Below the pieces are notes generated by a model. The model was given only the letters and a program-made list of their open reading frames with translations, had not been told where the DNA came from and searched no databases. A stretch of DNA of 64,000 nt from Yuukianura sp. NJ FZ-2021 (lineage: Eukaryota): the NCBI GenBank assembly GCA_046563655.1, contig CM102289.1, forward strand, positions 2,356,001-2,420,000, read 5' to 3'. Shown one piece after another: positions 50,020-62,800 of the stretch. How positions within the stretch are numbered: the first letter of the stretch is position 1; every line of letters begins with the position of its first letter. Made by a program: the position numbers and the translations under genes.

Positions 50020-51324
50020 AGGATCGAACTCTTCCCGCCGGACCAAGCTATTTCGCTTCTATTGCGCTCAATTGAAAATGCACACCAAACATATCAAAAT
50101 CCACTGCAGTACAATCAATCGCGTAACCGTTGCACCTTGGACGAATCAAAAAAGTATCGACTGCGGGCATTTTGTGTTTTACTGGCAAATACATTTGGAT
50201 TGTTCGTGTTTACCTTCCTTGCGTTTATTAACTACTCCAACAATCTTACTCCGTTGCTCACTTTTCACTTTGTTTCAATAGCTTTTCTTGATGTTCATAA
50301 CATTGTTTGTGATATAAATGCAATATATAGAGGAAGAAAACTGTGGCAACAAGTACTCAACGTGATACTACAAAATCTAGACACAAACAACGGTAAGATT
50401 AAATTAATCCGTGAATGTCGAAAACGTTGTAAAAATTTTTTGCAAAACAAGTTGATAGAGTAACAGTTAATACAAGACTGATAGACTAATGCAATTGATT
50501 ATGCAGAAACTCTTCTTCGATGGCCAGGTACAAACTACAATATATTTGGCCTTATGAAAGTGGTCTACCATTTGGCTCCAGCGTTGACCGCTGGCTACGT
50601 ATGTGCCACTACCATTGGATACTACAGTGATGCTGTGCGCCTTATAGAAATTGTAATGCTGTATATGTCGCCGTGTTTCGATTTCCATGCCAACATTTTT
50701 GCAATTATTCTTTCACACTTTTTTGTCTTGCTCCTTTTTGGATTTTTCTCCATTTTAGCATATCTAACTGCATACAAATATGCTCAGTATGGAGTTTTTT
50801 CATGTGTTTTTTACGAAATGGTGCAAGCCTACCTATCTACTGCACATTTTAAAGATAACGCCAACGAATTATTCGTATACGTTGAAATGCAGCGCCAAAA
50901 ATCCGTCTATATTTTGATAGACTTATTCAGCGACTTTCTTCTGCTACCATTTGGTTCATATGTTATACTAGGCTCAGGGTTTATATCAATATCTTATGCT
51001 TTGTTTTTAAAAATTGGTTTTAATTCTATGTATGGTTATCTTATTGTAATTGTGGCGACGTTCATATATGTTTTCTTAAATTTTTTCCTCTTTGGCGCGG
51101 AAGGAATGCGTTCTGCTTCAAAGAAGTTCATCTCTAAACTAATAAAAATGCTGGAAATGTCGAAAGAGGGTGCTACGGTAGCCAACAGCCTAAAACCAAG
51201 TTTCGTCAGATGCGGAACACTCAATTACGTTGATAGTGGAATGATTATGAACGTGAATGCAAATATTATAAGCTACGTAATATCCCTACTCATTTTACTA
51301 AAGGAAACATCCTTTCCGAACTGA
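50020..51324 (+). pseudogene. GR-like receptor copy 2; start codon ATG replaced by AGG, otherwise intact (intron 50393-50506)
   Basis: Paralogues read TATTCAAAC-ATG, this copy reads TATTCGAAC-AGG. The downstream frame is open to the stop at 51324. Confidence 0.55.
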
Positions 51325-51480
51325 TGAAGTTTGCTTCCAAACAGATGAAGCTTTACACAATTAACCTTGCATAATATTTTATGTAATGCATAATGCAACG
51401 GAAATGGAATCCTTCCTCGTCTCTCTTGAAGTCTCCCTCCTCATCTTCACATCTTTCTGTGTGTCAGGATAAAAGTTTAT

Positions 51481-51552
51481 TGGTCGGTGTGGGACTCGAA
51501 CCCAAACCTTTCTGCATTCCGGGGAGCTTGCTCTGTCCTCTGAGCTACCGGC
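51481..51552 (-). mobile_element. tRNA-like sequence, probably a SINE head or tRNA pseudogene
   Basis: Minus strand GCCGGTAGCTCAGAGGACAGAGC...GGGTTCGAGTCCCACACCGACCA. D and T arms are present; acceptor and anticodon stems are imperfect. Confidence 0.6.
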
Positions 51553-52129
51553 ATGAACAAGTGAACACCCTGTTTAGCCGTGCTGGTTCTCCCTGGCACG
51601 CAATTTAGCCGTGCTATCTCACGACGCTAGGCTTGGGACTTTTTAGTAAATGGAATATTAAAAATAGAATTACAGACATATGAACACATACTATATGGTA
51701 TGGTCGACTTTGCTATTAAATAAACACCTTGAATTCTGATATCAAACCACTCCGACATTGAGATTGATGTTTTCATTGTTTTTGTGCATGATTCGGATTT
51801 CACTTGTCATTTCCAAAGTAAGTTCCCAAATAATTTCATTTTGGGTTTAGTTAAGCATAGATCAATGCTGTCCAGGCGAGGCTTAACAAATAATTCACTC
51901 AAGCTTCACTTCAACCTTCAAGCTTGGTATTTTTTTGCCTTAGTTTTCTTCGAAATTGTATTCCAGAACACGTCCACTTTATGGCAAAATGCATTGAATT
52001 ATTTAAACAAGTTTTCTTAGGGACTTGAAATTCGGAAATCAGAAGTTTGGATTTCTCAATCCACTTTAGTAGAAAAAACTAGGGAGTCATGAACAAATAT
52101 ATAACACTCCATATACTGCAAAACATTAT

Positions 52130-53904
52130 TAAGTATCGTCAGATACTTATAGGGATCGCCTTGTCCGTCCGTCTGTCCGTCCGTCCGTCTAATGCTTACA
52201 ACTCGATAACCACTGCATTGATTTCTAAGCGGTGTTTTTAAATTAGTAACTACTGACCAGATAACTAAAAATTAGTTTTTGGATTCACCTCAAGTGACCT
52301 CTAATGGTGGCAAGGGTCAAGCAGGTCAGGCTATTTCCAATTGTGTTATTTAAAAAGAGTGATTTTCCTACTAAATTTTTAACGTTTTCAAATTTGGAAT
52401 TATGTTATTTAAAAAGAGTGATTTTCCTACTAAATTTTTAACGTTTTGAAATTTGGAATTATGTTATTTAAAAAGAGTGATTTTCCTACTAAATTTTTAA
52501 CGTTTTGGAATTTGGAATTATGTTATTTAAAAAGAGTGATTTTCCTACTAAATTTTTAACGTTTTGGAATTTGGAATTATCTTATTTAAAGAGAATGATT
52601 TTCCTACTAAATTTTTAACGTTTTGGAATTTCAAATTATGTTATTTAAAAAGAGTGATTTTCCTACTAAATTTTTAACGTTTTGGAATTTGGAATCATGC
52701 TATTTAAAAAGAGTGATTTTCCTACTAAGTTTTTAACGTTTTGAAATTTGGAATTATGTTATTTAAAAAGAGTGATTTTCCTACTAAATTTTTAACGTTT
52801 TGGAATTTGGAATTATGCTATTTAAAAAGAGTGATTTTCCTACTAAATTTTTAACGTTTTGGAATTTGGAATTATGTTATTTAAAAAGAGTGATTTTCCT
52901 GCTAAATTTTTAACCTTTCGAAATTTGAAATTTTGTTATTTGAAAAGAGTGATTTTCGTACTAAGTTTTTAACGTTTTAGAATTTGAAATTATGTTATTT
53001 AAAAAGAGTGATTTTCCTACTAAATTTTTAACGTATTGGAATTTCAAATAATGTTATTTAAAAAGAGTGATTTTCCTACTAAATCTTTAACGTATTGGAA
53101 TTTAGAATTATGTTATTTAAAAAGAGTGATTTTCCTACTAAATTTTTGACGTTTTGGAATTTGGAATTATGTTATTTAAAAAGAGTGATTTTCCTACTAA
53201 ATTTTTAACGTATTGGAATTTGGAATTATGTTATTTAAAAAGAGTGATTTTCCTACTAAATTTTTAACGTATTGGAATTTGGAATTATCTTATTTAAAAA
53301 GTGTGATTTTCCTACTAAGTTTTTAACGTTTTAGAATTTGAAATTGTTATTTAAAAAGAGTGATTTTCCTACTAAATCTATAAGCACTACATTGATTTGT
53401 AAGCGATTTTCTTAAATTTGTAACTGCTGACCAGATGACTAAAAATCAGTTTTTGGATTCACGTCAAGTGACCTCTAATGGTGTCCAAGGTCAAGGCTAT
53501 GCCCCATTTACAATACGCAAACGAACGGACAGACTCAAAAGCGGTTTTGATGGGTTTCTGGTGACATCGAGCGACCTCTAGTAGGGTCAAATGTCAGGGT
53601 CACCATTTTCTGTGCAATTCGGAGACGAATGGACCAATTCGGAGCGCGGAGCGGTTTGCGGGGATCCGATTTTTATGACCTCCTTTGACCTCTAACAAGG
53701 TCAAGGCTCAAGGTCATAGTTTTCTCTACAATTGGGAAACGGATGGACGGATTCGGAAGTGGTTTCTGGGGATGGATGTTTGACGACGCGAGGACTAAGA
53801 TTCCGAATGTTGTTTGACCTCAAGTGACCTCTAATAATATCAGAGATCCAGGCCAACAATATCTCTTACGCGGCAACTCTCTACAATTGATCTGACGATA
53901 CTTA
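52130..53904. mobile_element. HINE/DINE-1-like element carrying a tandem array
   Basis: Inverted repeats TAAGTATCGTCAGAT / ATCTGACGATACTTA, (GTCC/GTCT)n at 52163-52190, and ~110 bp direct repeats at ~52213 and ~53386 flanking the array. Confidence 0.75.
52336..53380 (+). repeat. 59-bp tandem repeat, about 17-18 copies
   Basis: Unit TTTGGAATTATGTTATTTAAAAAGAGTGATTTTCCTACTAAATTTTTAACGTTTTGGAA, head-to-tail with no unique spacers. Confidence 0.95.
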
Positions 53905-54254
53905 TTTAAATCGTCTTTGCAAGAAGTTTATTTCTTTTTTTTATATATTGAAAAAGTTTCTTATTTTTCTTAAGAAGGTATATTAAAGAACCCTGTCATT
54001 TGAGTGGGTCTCCTTTACATTTATGAAATCAATAGAAGCATTCCCACTTTTAGCATTGTTGGTTCCACTCCTACTCCAAAAGCATACCATCCCATTTCTA
54101 ATTTTTTTGGTTATTAAAATCGGCGATATGACAAAGTATTGTATATTTCGTAACTGCTCTAAAATCCCTAAAAATTTCAAAAGAAATCTAGAATTTTCAG
54201 GTTATATTGAGTTTTTTCTTGAATTTAATTTTAGTTCAAAATTGCTATTCAAAC

Positions 54255-55535
54255 ATGACGAAAATTCTGCCTCCAGCAATTTCGCTTATATTGCGCTCTA
54301 TTGAGAATGCACACCAAACATATCAAAATCCATTGCAGTACAATCAATCACTCAACCGTTGCACATTAGATGAATCAAAAAAGTATCAAAAATTGTCATT
54401 TTGCGTTTTATTGATCGACATGTTTGGATTGGTTGTGTTTAGTTTGCTGGCGTCAATTAACCAATCCAAAAACCTCAGTCCATTACTCACTTTTCACTTT
54501 GTTTCAATAGTTTTTCTGGACGTTCATGGCATTGTATGTGATCTGAATGCAATATATAGAGGGCGAAAGCTCTGGCAACAAGTACTGAATATGATATTAC
54601 AAAATCTAGATACAAACAACGGTAAGGAAAAAATATCTATCCTATCCCACTAAAATCAAGAACAACAAAACTTCAATGCTTTCGATACATACGTTGTTGC
54701 AAAAATGATCTACTAAATTATTACTTATCATGCAGATTCACTTCTTCGCTGGCCAGATCCAAGCTACAACACTTTTGTCATTATGAAGGTCATCTACCAT
54801 TTGGGTCCACTGTTGGGCATAGGCTACGCATGCACTTCCATTGGATACTACAGTGTTACCATACGACTGATAAAAGTAGTAATGTTGTACATGTCGCCAG
54901 GTTTGGATTTCCATGACGACAATTTTGTATTTCTCGTGTCGCACATTTTGGTATTGCTCGTTTTCGGATATCTGACTATTCTAGTGTATTTAACTACATA
55001 CAAATATATTCAGTATGGCCTTATTGTACTTTTTCTTCACGAGATGGCGCAAGTCAACCTATCTGCTGCACAATTGAAGGACAAATTCTCCCTGTACTTT
55101 GAAATTCAGCGCTACAGAATCGTCTATATCATGGTGGCTTTAGTCAGCGACTTTCTTCTGCCAAATTTCGGTACATATGTCATACTAGCCTCTGCATTTA
55201 CATCAATATCGTATGCTGTATTTTTCAAAATTGGTTTTAAATGTATTTATGGGTATCTTATTGTAATTGTGACGACGGTCATATTTGGTTCCTTAAATGT
55301 TTTCCTCTTTGTCGCCCAAGCAATATATAGTTCGTCAAACAAGTACATCACTAAACTAAGGCAGGAAACGTCGAAAAAGCGTGCTACCATCACCCGATGC
55401 CTGCAACCATGCTTCATAAGATGCGGAACACTCAACTACGTTGATAGTGGAATGATTATGAGCGTGAACGGAAACATTGTGAGCTACACAATATCTCTAC
55501 TCCTCTTATTAAAGGAATCATCTATTACAAACTGA
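54255..55535 (+). CDS. GR-like receptor copy 3 (intron 54622-54735)
   Basis: Same two-exon structure and motifs as the other copies (LRSIENAHQTYQNPLQYN, RGRKLWQQVLN, FIRCGTLNYVDSG). Confidence 0.7.
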
Positions 55536-56434
55536 TGTAGTTGTAGAACTTTACACGATTTACTTTGACGCAATAATTTATGTATGTAATATGTAAACAC
55601 GTGTTGTATGTAATAATGTGTGTAATATTGTAAAGGCGTAACATTATCGTTATTTCAATTCTGAATCATGTGCTGTATGGAAATTAAGTTCAGGTAGTAA
55701 TTAAACCCTAGGAAGGAAACCTAGCTTCTCAGAAAAGCAGACTCGCCATTTTCAATTATACACAGAAGTGCTTAGGCAAGTCAAATACAGTATAAAAAGA
55801 TCAGGAATTGTTTTTTTTAGCTAATCGTTTAGGAATCTTTGACATACTCCAAGAATTCGGAATATTAAACCTAGTAAAAAATAGAATTATAGAAATATGA
55901 ACACATACTAATGGTAAGGTCGAGCATGCTATTAAACAAATTAACAGTCTGAATTTCAATATTTTGCATTCCTACTCTAAAGTTGGAAAACCATTATATT
56001 TCCACAAAGTACTTTTTCAATAGTTTAAAATTTCAGAACAAAGTTAAGAGTGTCCATTTATCTTTATGGACTTTAATTCAAAATTTCTATTCGTATATTG
56101 AAAAAGCTTCGTCATTTTTGAGAAAGTATATTAAAGAAACATGTCATTTAAGTGGCTCTACTTTATACTGATGGAATCAATAGAAGCATTCCTAGTTTTA
56201 GCATTATTGGTACCACTCCCATTCCAAAAGCAAGCAACTCCCACTCTATCCCACTTCTAAATTTTTTGGTATACTATAGATGTTATAAAAATCTGCGATA
56301 TACACAAAGTATTGTATATTTTGTAATTTTGTAATTACTCTGAAATGGGTAAGAATGTCAAAAGAAATTGAAAATTTTCATGCTATATTGATGTTTTATC
56401 GAACTTTATTTTAGTTCGGAATTGTTATTCAAAC

Positions 56435-58312
56435 ATGAAGAAAATACTGCCTCCGGCTGTTTCGCTTCTATTGCGCTCAATTGAAAATGCACACCAAACG
56501 TATCAAAATCCACTGCAATATAATCAACGACGTAACCGTTGCACTTTAGACGAATCGAAAAAGTATAAAAAATTGTCACGTTGCGTTTTATTCGCCGACA
56601 CATTTGGATTGTTCGTGCTTGGCTTCCTGGCATCAATTAACTACTCCAACGGTCTCAGCCCTTTGTTCAGTTTTCACTTCGTTTCAATAGTTTTCATGGT
56701 TGGTCACAACATTGTATGTGACATAAATGCAGTATATAGAGGGAAAAAGCTTTGGCAACAATTACTCAATGTGATACTACAACATTTAGACAAAAACAAC
56801 GGTAAGATAAAATAGATAAAACTAACCGTTGTAGATTCCGTATGGCACTACCGAAATAAATTTCAAGGTATTGCCATGTACGGTTTGGTTGCATGGAACG
56901 CTTCAAAACAGTAAGTCAAAAGTGAATATCACCTTCAAAAACGTTGCTTATCTCGATGAGCAACCTTGAATACTATTTTTGTTAAAAAAGTATTTGACTT
57001 TGACTTTGACTCAAACGTTGTCCACTTTTGGTCAACCCGGAAACCACTTTTTTACTTCCAGCCCATAAGGAATCGATCTGTAAAGACAGATTGAAGACAG
57101 GTTCCAGAGTTATCGTGACCAGTAGACAGACGGACGGACAGACAAATAGGCACGTTCACTAACGTAAAGTAGCAAATTATTTTTCTACTTAATAAATACG
57201 CGACTCTAGCGGTACAAGAATGTTGTCAGTTTTACAAAAAGTATAATCAAGTAAGATTTCGAAACAATACAGTTAGTGCAACAATTAATTGATCAACTAA
57301 AATACTTATTATTATACATGGAAAATACATTTAGCTTCCTTCCCGTTAGCTAAACTCATATTTTGGATTTTTTTATTATTAAATATTTATTGACTTTCCC
57401 ATGCCCTTAATGTTAATTATGTAACTATTTTAAATTTGGTTAAAAATACAGGATATATAAATATTTTCTCTGTTTCAAATAATTGTTTGTTTTTATTATA
57501 TAGATACAGATTTTCTTTTTCGCTGGTCGGGTACAAACTGCAATACCCTGCGTTTGATGAAGGTGTTATATCATTTGGGTCCATTGGTGGGTACAGGCTA
57601 CGTGTGCACTACTATCTTTGGATTTTACAGTGATGCTGTACGCCTTATAAAACTAGTCATGTTGTACATATCGCTAGATGTCTATCTGCATAGCGAAATT
57701 TTGATATTTATTGTATCACATTTGTTGGTATTGGTCCTTTTTGGATTTCTTGCTTGTTTAATATATCTAACTGCATACAAATATATTCAGTACGGCCTTG
57801 TTGTGCTTGTTCTTCTCGATCTAGTGCAAGCCTACCTATCTACTGCACAATTCAACGAGAATGAAACCACATTGTCTGTGCACTTGAAAATTCAACGCTA
57901 CAAAGCATGTTATATTTCAGTAGCCTTAGTCAGCGACTTTCTTCTGCTACCATTCGCGTCATACGTCATAATTGCTACTGGGTTTACATCAGTATCATAT
58001 GCTGTATTTTTGAAAATTGGATTTAAATCTATTTATGGTTATTTTATTCTAAGTATGGCGGCGTTAATATTCGTTTTCCTAAATATTTTCCTTTTCGCCG
58101 CGGAGGAAGTACACAGTGCTTCAAAGAAGCTGATCTGTTGTAAACTAGTGAAATTGCTGCAAATGGCGACGAAGGAGGGAAAGGTCACCAAGTACCTGCA
58201 ACCATGCTTTGTTAGATGCGGAACACTCAACCACGTTGATAGTGGAATGATTCTAAATGTCAACGGCAATATTGTTAGCTTTATGATATCTCTACTCCTT
58301 TTACTAAAGTAA
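56435..58312 (+). CDS. GR-like receptor copy 4 (intron 56802-57509)
   Basis: Same structure; the stop falls about 6 codons earlier than in the paralogues. Confidence 0.7.
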
Positions 58313-58701
58313 AAGGAAAGATCTAAACAGGAAAAGAGAGAAGTTAGTCGTAACTATTAGTCTAAGTTTATTTTAAATAAAGTCTATTTAACTAAAAGTC
58401 AGTCTACTAGTTTCACAGCTATATGTACACAAACACAATATGCTTAATTTACATCATATCTTATGTTATGTAATATAGTCCGTGGTGGTTCTCACTTTTT
58501 ATGTTTGTTTTCAATTTGAATCAGGTTGCTGATTAAAGTCGAAAGAAACTTTCATATTCAAAAGTTTTTAACAAGATCGGGGAAATAAAAATTTCACAAA
58601 CATACACCATTTTAAACTTTCTATTATGTTTATTCTGGCATTTTTCGTCAATTCAATTTACACACCTCTTTGTATAACAATTTGAAACGAGTATTTCATA
58701 C

Positions 58702-59384
58702 GGTTCCATGCCATTGGTGCGAATGAATTGGTGCGAAGCGCAATGGTGCGAATGAATTGGTGCGAAACCAATTGGTGCGAATGCTGCATTGGTGCGAATG
58801 ATTTATTGGTGCGAAAGAGCATAAGTGCGAAACCAATTGGTGCGAAAGATTAATTGGTGCGAAAGATTAATTGGTGCGAATCCTAAATTGGTGCGAAAAG
58901 ATTATTTGCATAAGGGCATCGAACATTCCCTAAAGGTTAGGCATTGAAATGACTACGAAATGATTTTTGTAATCACTACTGTCAATTCAATAACCTAACT
59001 CCGCGCCTGTCGGCGCGGGAAAATTAAATCAAAGTATAAACGACTACCGGTTTGAATATTGTATTTCACAAAATGGTTTTTAGGACCTAAAAATTGTAAA
59101 ATTTTTGTGGGCCTAAATTATTTGGGCCTAACGGCAGGGAGGGCCAAATTGTTTTGAGCCTAATTCATTGGGCAATGGCGTGCTTTGTGTCGTAGCAATT
59201 AATCTTGCGGAGGAAATAATATTTTGCACCAATTAATCCTTCGCACCAATTAATCTTTCGCACCAATTGGTTTCGCACTTATGCTCTTTCGCACCAATAA
59301 ATCATTCGCACCAATTGGTTTCGCACCAATTCATTCGCACCATTGCGCTTCGCACCAATTCATTCGCACCAATGGCGTGCTACC
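58702..59384. mobile_element. Foldback/Mutator-like non-autonomous transposon with repeat-built TIRs
   Basis: Arms made of (ATTGGTGCGAA)-like units and their reverse complement. Termini GGTTCCATG / CGTGCTACC. 9-bp TSD ATTTCATAC / ATTTCGTAC. Confidence 0.88.
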
Positions 59385-59802
59385 ATTTCGTACCGGCTGC
59401 ATTTCGAATTTGAATAAAAAATTTTTTTTCAATTTCATTTTGTACTTGACGTTTTAAAAGCTGTATTCATAACCCATATTTAATGTTGTCTCGTTAAAAA
59501 AGGGAACTTTGTCTTTTTAACAAAAACTGTTATTTCCGCTAAAAATACACAAATAGAGAAAACAATAGAGCGAATATACCCTGATTTGTATAGAAATGTA
59601 GCATTATACTTGTGTAGATGTAACTTAATGTTAATCTATGTGAACTAATTTCTCCCAAATCGAAGGATTTCATTTAGTTTTTGTAGGAGCAAGGTATCTT
59701 AGTTATACATTTTAACAATTTTGGAACGCATTATGGAATGTAACTTTGCTTGCTTTCTAGAGAACATTAAATTTGAGTTAACCTCATACTTGTGTTATTT
59801 GT

Positions 59803-62800
59803 TTAGTTTTTAAGTAGATGTTGTTCTGGCAAAAATTGTCTGCGCGGGCTTCCGTTTTCTCTCTTTCTCCCATTGACTTTGAGGAGTCCATTACATTTGT
59901 GTACAGTTAGTCTCCAGAAAGCAGTGCGGAAGTCAGGATTGTAAAAAGCGTAGATTGCTGGATTTATTGCCGAATTTCCCCAACCTACCAACCAAATAAA
60001 AAATAGTTTTGTTAGGACCGGCTCAAGTGTACTTGAATCTGATCCAAGCTCATGATCCATTCCATTGAAACTCAATGAGACATTTAGTAACGGAAATCCT
60101 GCCCTGGAGAATCTGTATGCGATTTGGCAATTGAGCACAAAAGGAGTTCAGCCAAGTTTGAAAAGTAAAGTGTTTTGGACGGAGTAACTAAGCGTGTAAA
60201 AATTGGCGTGAAAGCAAAAAAAAAAGTTTGTAAAAAAAGAAAAACTGGAGGAAAAAAGTTCGTGAAAGTGGAAAACTGCGGAACAAAAAAAATGCCCCAA
60301 GTCAAACCAAACCAAAACTTTTCAAAACCCATAAATTCAAAATACACAAAAAAAAAATTGCCAAATATACATTTTGTGTAGCACGCATTAATGTTTCCGC
60401 AATTCTTCCAGATATATATTCCTTACTTTTACCAATTATGAAAAACTTTCAAAAACTTTTGAAAAAAAGTTGTCTTACCTAACCACACAAAGTATTCCAT
60501 CGTGTGCCTGGAGATCGAATCAGCTTTAATGAATGGTCCAGAAACGTAGGCCACAAAAAACGGAAGCCAGCAAATAATAAAACCGCCTACGACGGCAGTT
60601 AACGTCTGCGCCGTTTTAGTTTCTTTTTTGAAAGAAGAAACGCGATTGGCCGTAAAAGGACGAGTGTCTTTGGATGTCCCTGCTGGTTGGACGTCGCTTT
60701 GCTGCTGCGTCGTTGTCACTTTTACGCTTCTACTTCGCACCACGTGACTCGGAGGACAGCTCCATCTAGTTGTAGTTCCAGTAAGTGTAGAGCAGCTTTG
60801 ACTCTGTACTTTGCCTACGTGTTTCCGTAAGCCTTCTTTAGGTGATGACGTGGAGTAAGCGTGAACGGAGATATGCGTAGGGCGACTGCGCAAGTCTTCT
60901 ATACTGTTTCGTCCTTGCGATGCTTCTGATAAAACCCGTTTCTCAACGCAGTTACGACTAGATTCATGGTCTAGCATAAAAGCTGATTGTGTCATGCGTA
61001 TAAGTTCTTCTTTTCCTTTATGTCTTTCATCGTTTATTGTCCAAACGCGAGGTGGCAGGAGATTTGTCAATTCGGATTCTAAAATTTCAAAAAAATCGAT
61101 TTACTAGTTGAAACTTGTAAAAAATCCAAAGATTACGCCTGTAGGCCTGTATTTACTTCTTTTTTTCTGTTTAGTAAACTCGTGCTTGTTGAGTTAGTGC
61201 TGAGTTAAATTCTTCAGTGGCATTGAAAACAGCAAATTTTTTTAACGTAGAAATTCCTTATTTTTTTAAATTTCTTTAGTAAACATGCCAAACTCATGCC
61301 AATTGCAAAGGTAAACTTGAACCTTAGCTTTTCATTTTATTTCGTTTTCCTTCTACAATACTTAATTCAACGGATTTTTTTGCTTTGTAGAAAACATGGC
61401 AGAATGAATGGGATTTTTTCTTCTGAATTTTTGCCTTTGTGAAAAGGGAAAATTTCTGAAATGGAGGAATGCGTAGAAGTAAAAGTACAAAAATAGAATT
61501 TTGTGTCGAAATTGAAAATTTTGAAAGGTTTTCTAAATCTGATGATCTCTTCCATTTCCTCCTGGATGTTGTAAAAGACACGGAAAGGCAAGAACTTTCT
61601 CTTTCAAAAGGTGAAAGCAACTCATCTAATCTGCGAAAAAAAAAATCTTGTGAGCATCTCCATTCCAGTTTTCCTGAATATAAAGTTTGAAGAAAAAGCT
61701 TCTTCTTTTTTGAAGACTTTTTTGAAACTCCAAGTTACACTGAGTCAAAGCAAAACTGTTGACTTTAGAAGTAGAAAAAGAAAAGCAATTACAACTCCAA
61801 AATTAGTTTCTGTTCTATTTCGAAAAAAAAAACAAGTTTGTAGGAAGGTTAAATTCGATTTTTGAAGTTGGTGACACAAAATCCGACAAGCGTCACTCCC
61901 TGTTGCCCTGCAGCAACACTATCACTGTATCCACTACTTTTGAACTTTTCTTTTGTTCAAAATAAAGTAAAAGAGCTTTAAAACTTTTTTTGGGAGCTCC
62001 CTAGTCAATGACTTCTAAAATTTTCTAAAGTCAATTAAACGCTGGTTCTGGAGAACACTGCGACAATTTCTCAAAATCTAAAACTTTTTTTCCGCGTTAT
62101 TTTCTACAACTAACTTGTCACTTTGTTTTATCTTCGGAAGTTTGTCCAAAACTTTTTCTGAGTTCTAAAACTAAAGTTTTTTTTTTATCACAAGCGTAAC
62201 TAGAAGTAGTATTATTTTTAACAAGTAAGTTGAGTAAAAGCGGTTGAAATTGATTTCACAAGAGTAATTGAGCCAATCGACACCAAACTTTTTGAGTCAA
62301 GTGTAGTTTTGCTTTTGAACAATTTTGAAAAGCTAGTGATTGGTTGAATAGTAAGCTCAGTTGAAACTTTCAAGTTGAAAGTCTCTTCATATTTATGTGA
62401 AACGACGGTGGCAGTCATCTGCAGACATAGAACTTGAAAGGAACTGGACTCCGGATGTACTATTTAAGTGAATTTCAACGGAAAATGGAAAAGTTTTTGA
62501 TGAAAAGTTTTAGATCAGAAACAAAAGGAATTCAAACTTTATTTAACTCGTTTTAACTTCTGCCTTTGATTCATTATTAAATTTACTTTGTCAAATTGTC
62601 TGTTTGTCTTTCGATACTTGTATACACCCGCTTTTTTTTTTACTTCTGCGAGCTCAAAAAGCCTCGCTGTTCCAAAATCTAATTTTACACGACGCGATTT
62701 CAACTTTGTGTTGTTGTTTGTGCATGAATGCTGGATAAAACTTAAGTTTTCACTGCTTTCAAAGTTTTGAAAATTAAAACAATAAAAAATAAAAACGAAG

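Noticed and set aside
51481..51552. Functional tRNA gene
   Set aside because: Acceptor and anticodon stems are mismatched, so it is treated as a SINE head or pseudogene.
52336..53380. Possible CRISPR array
   Set aside because: Head-to-tail 59-bp units with no unique spacers, no cas genes, and a eukaryotic context.
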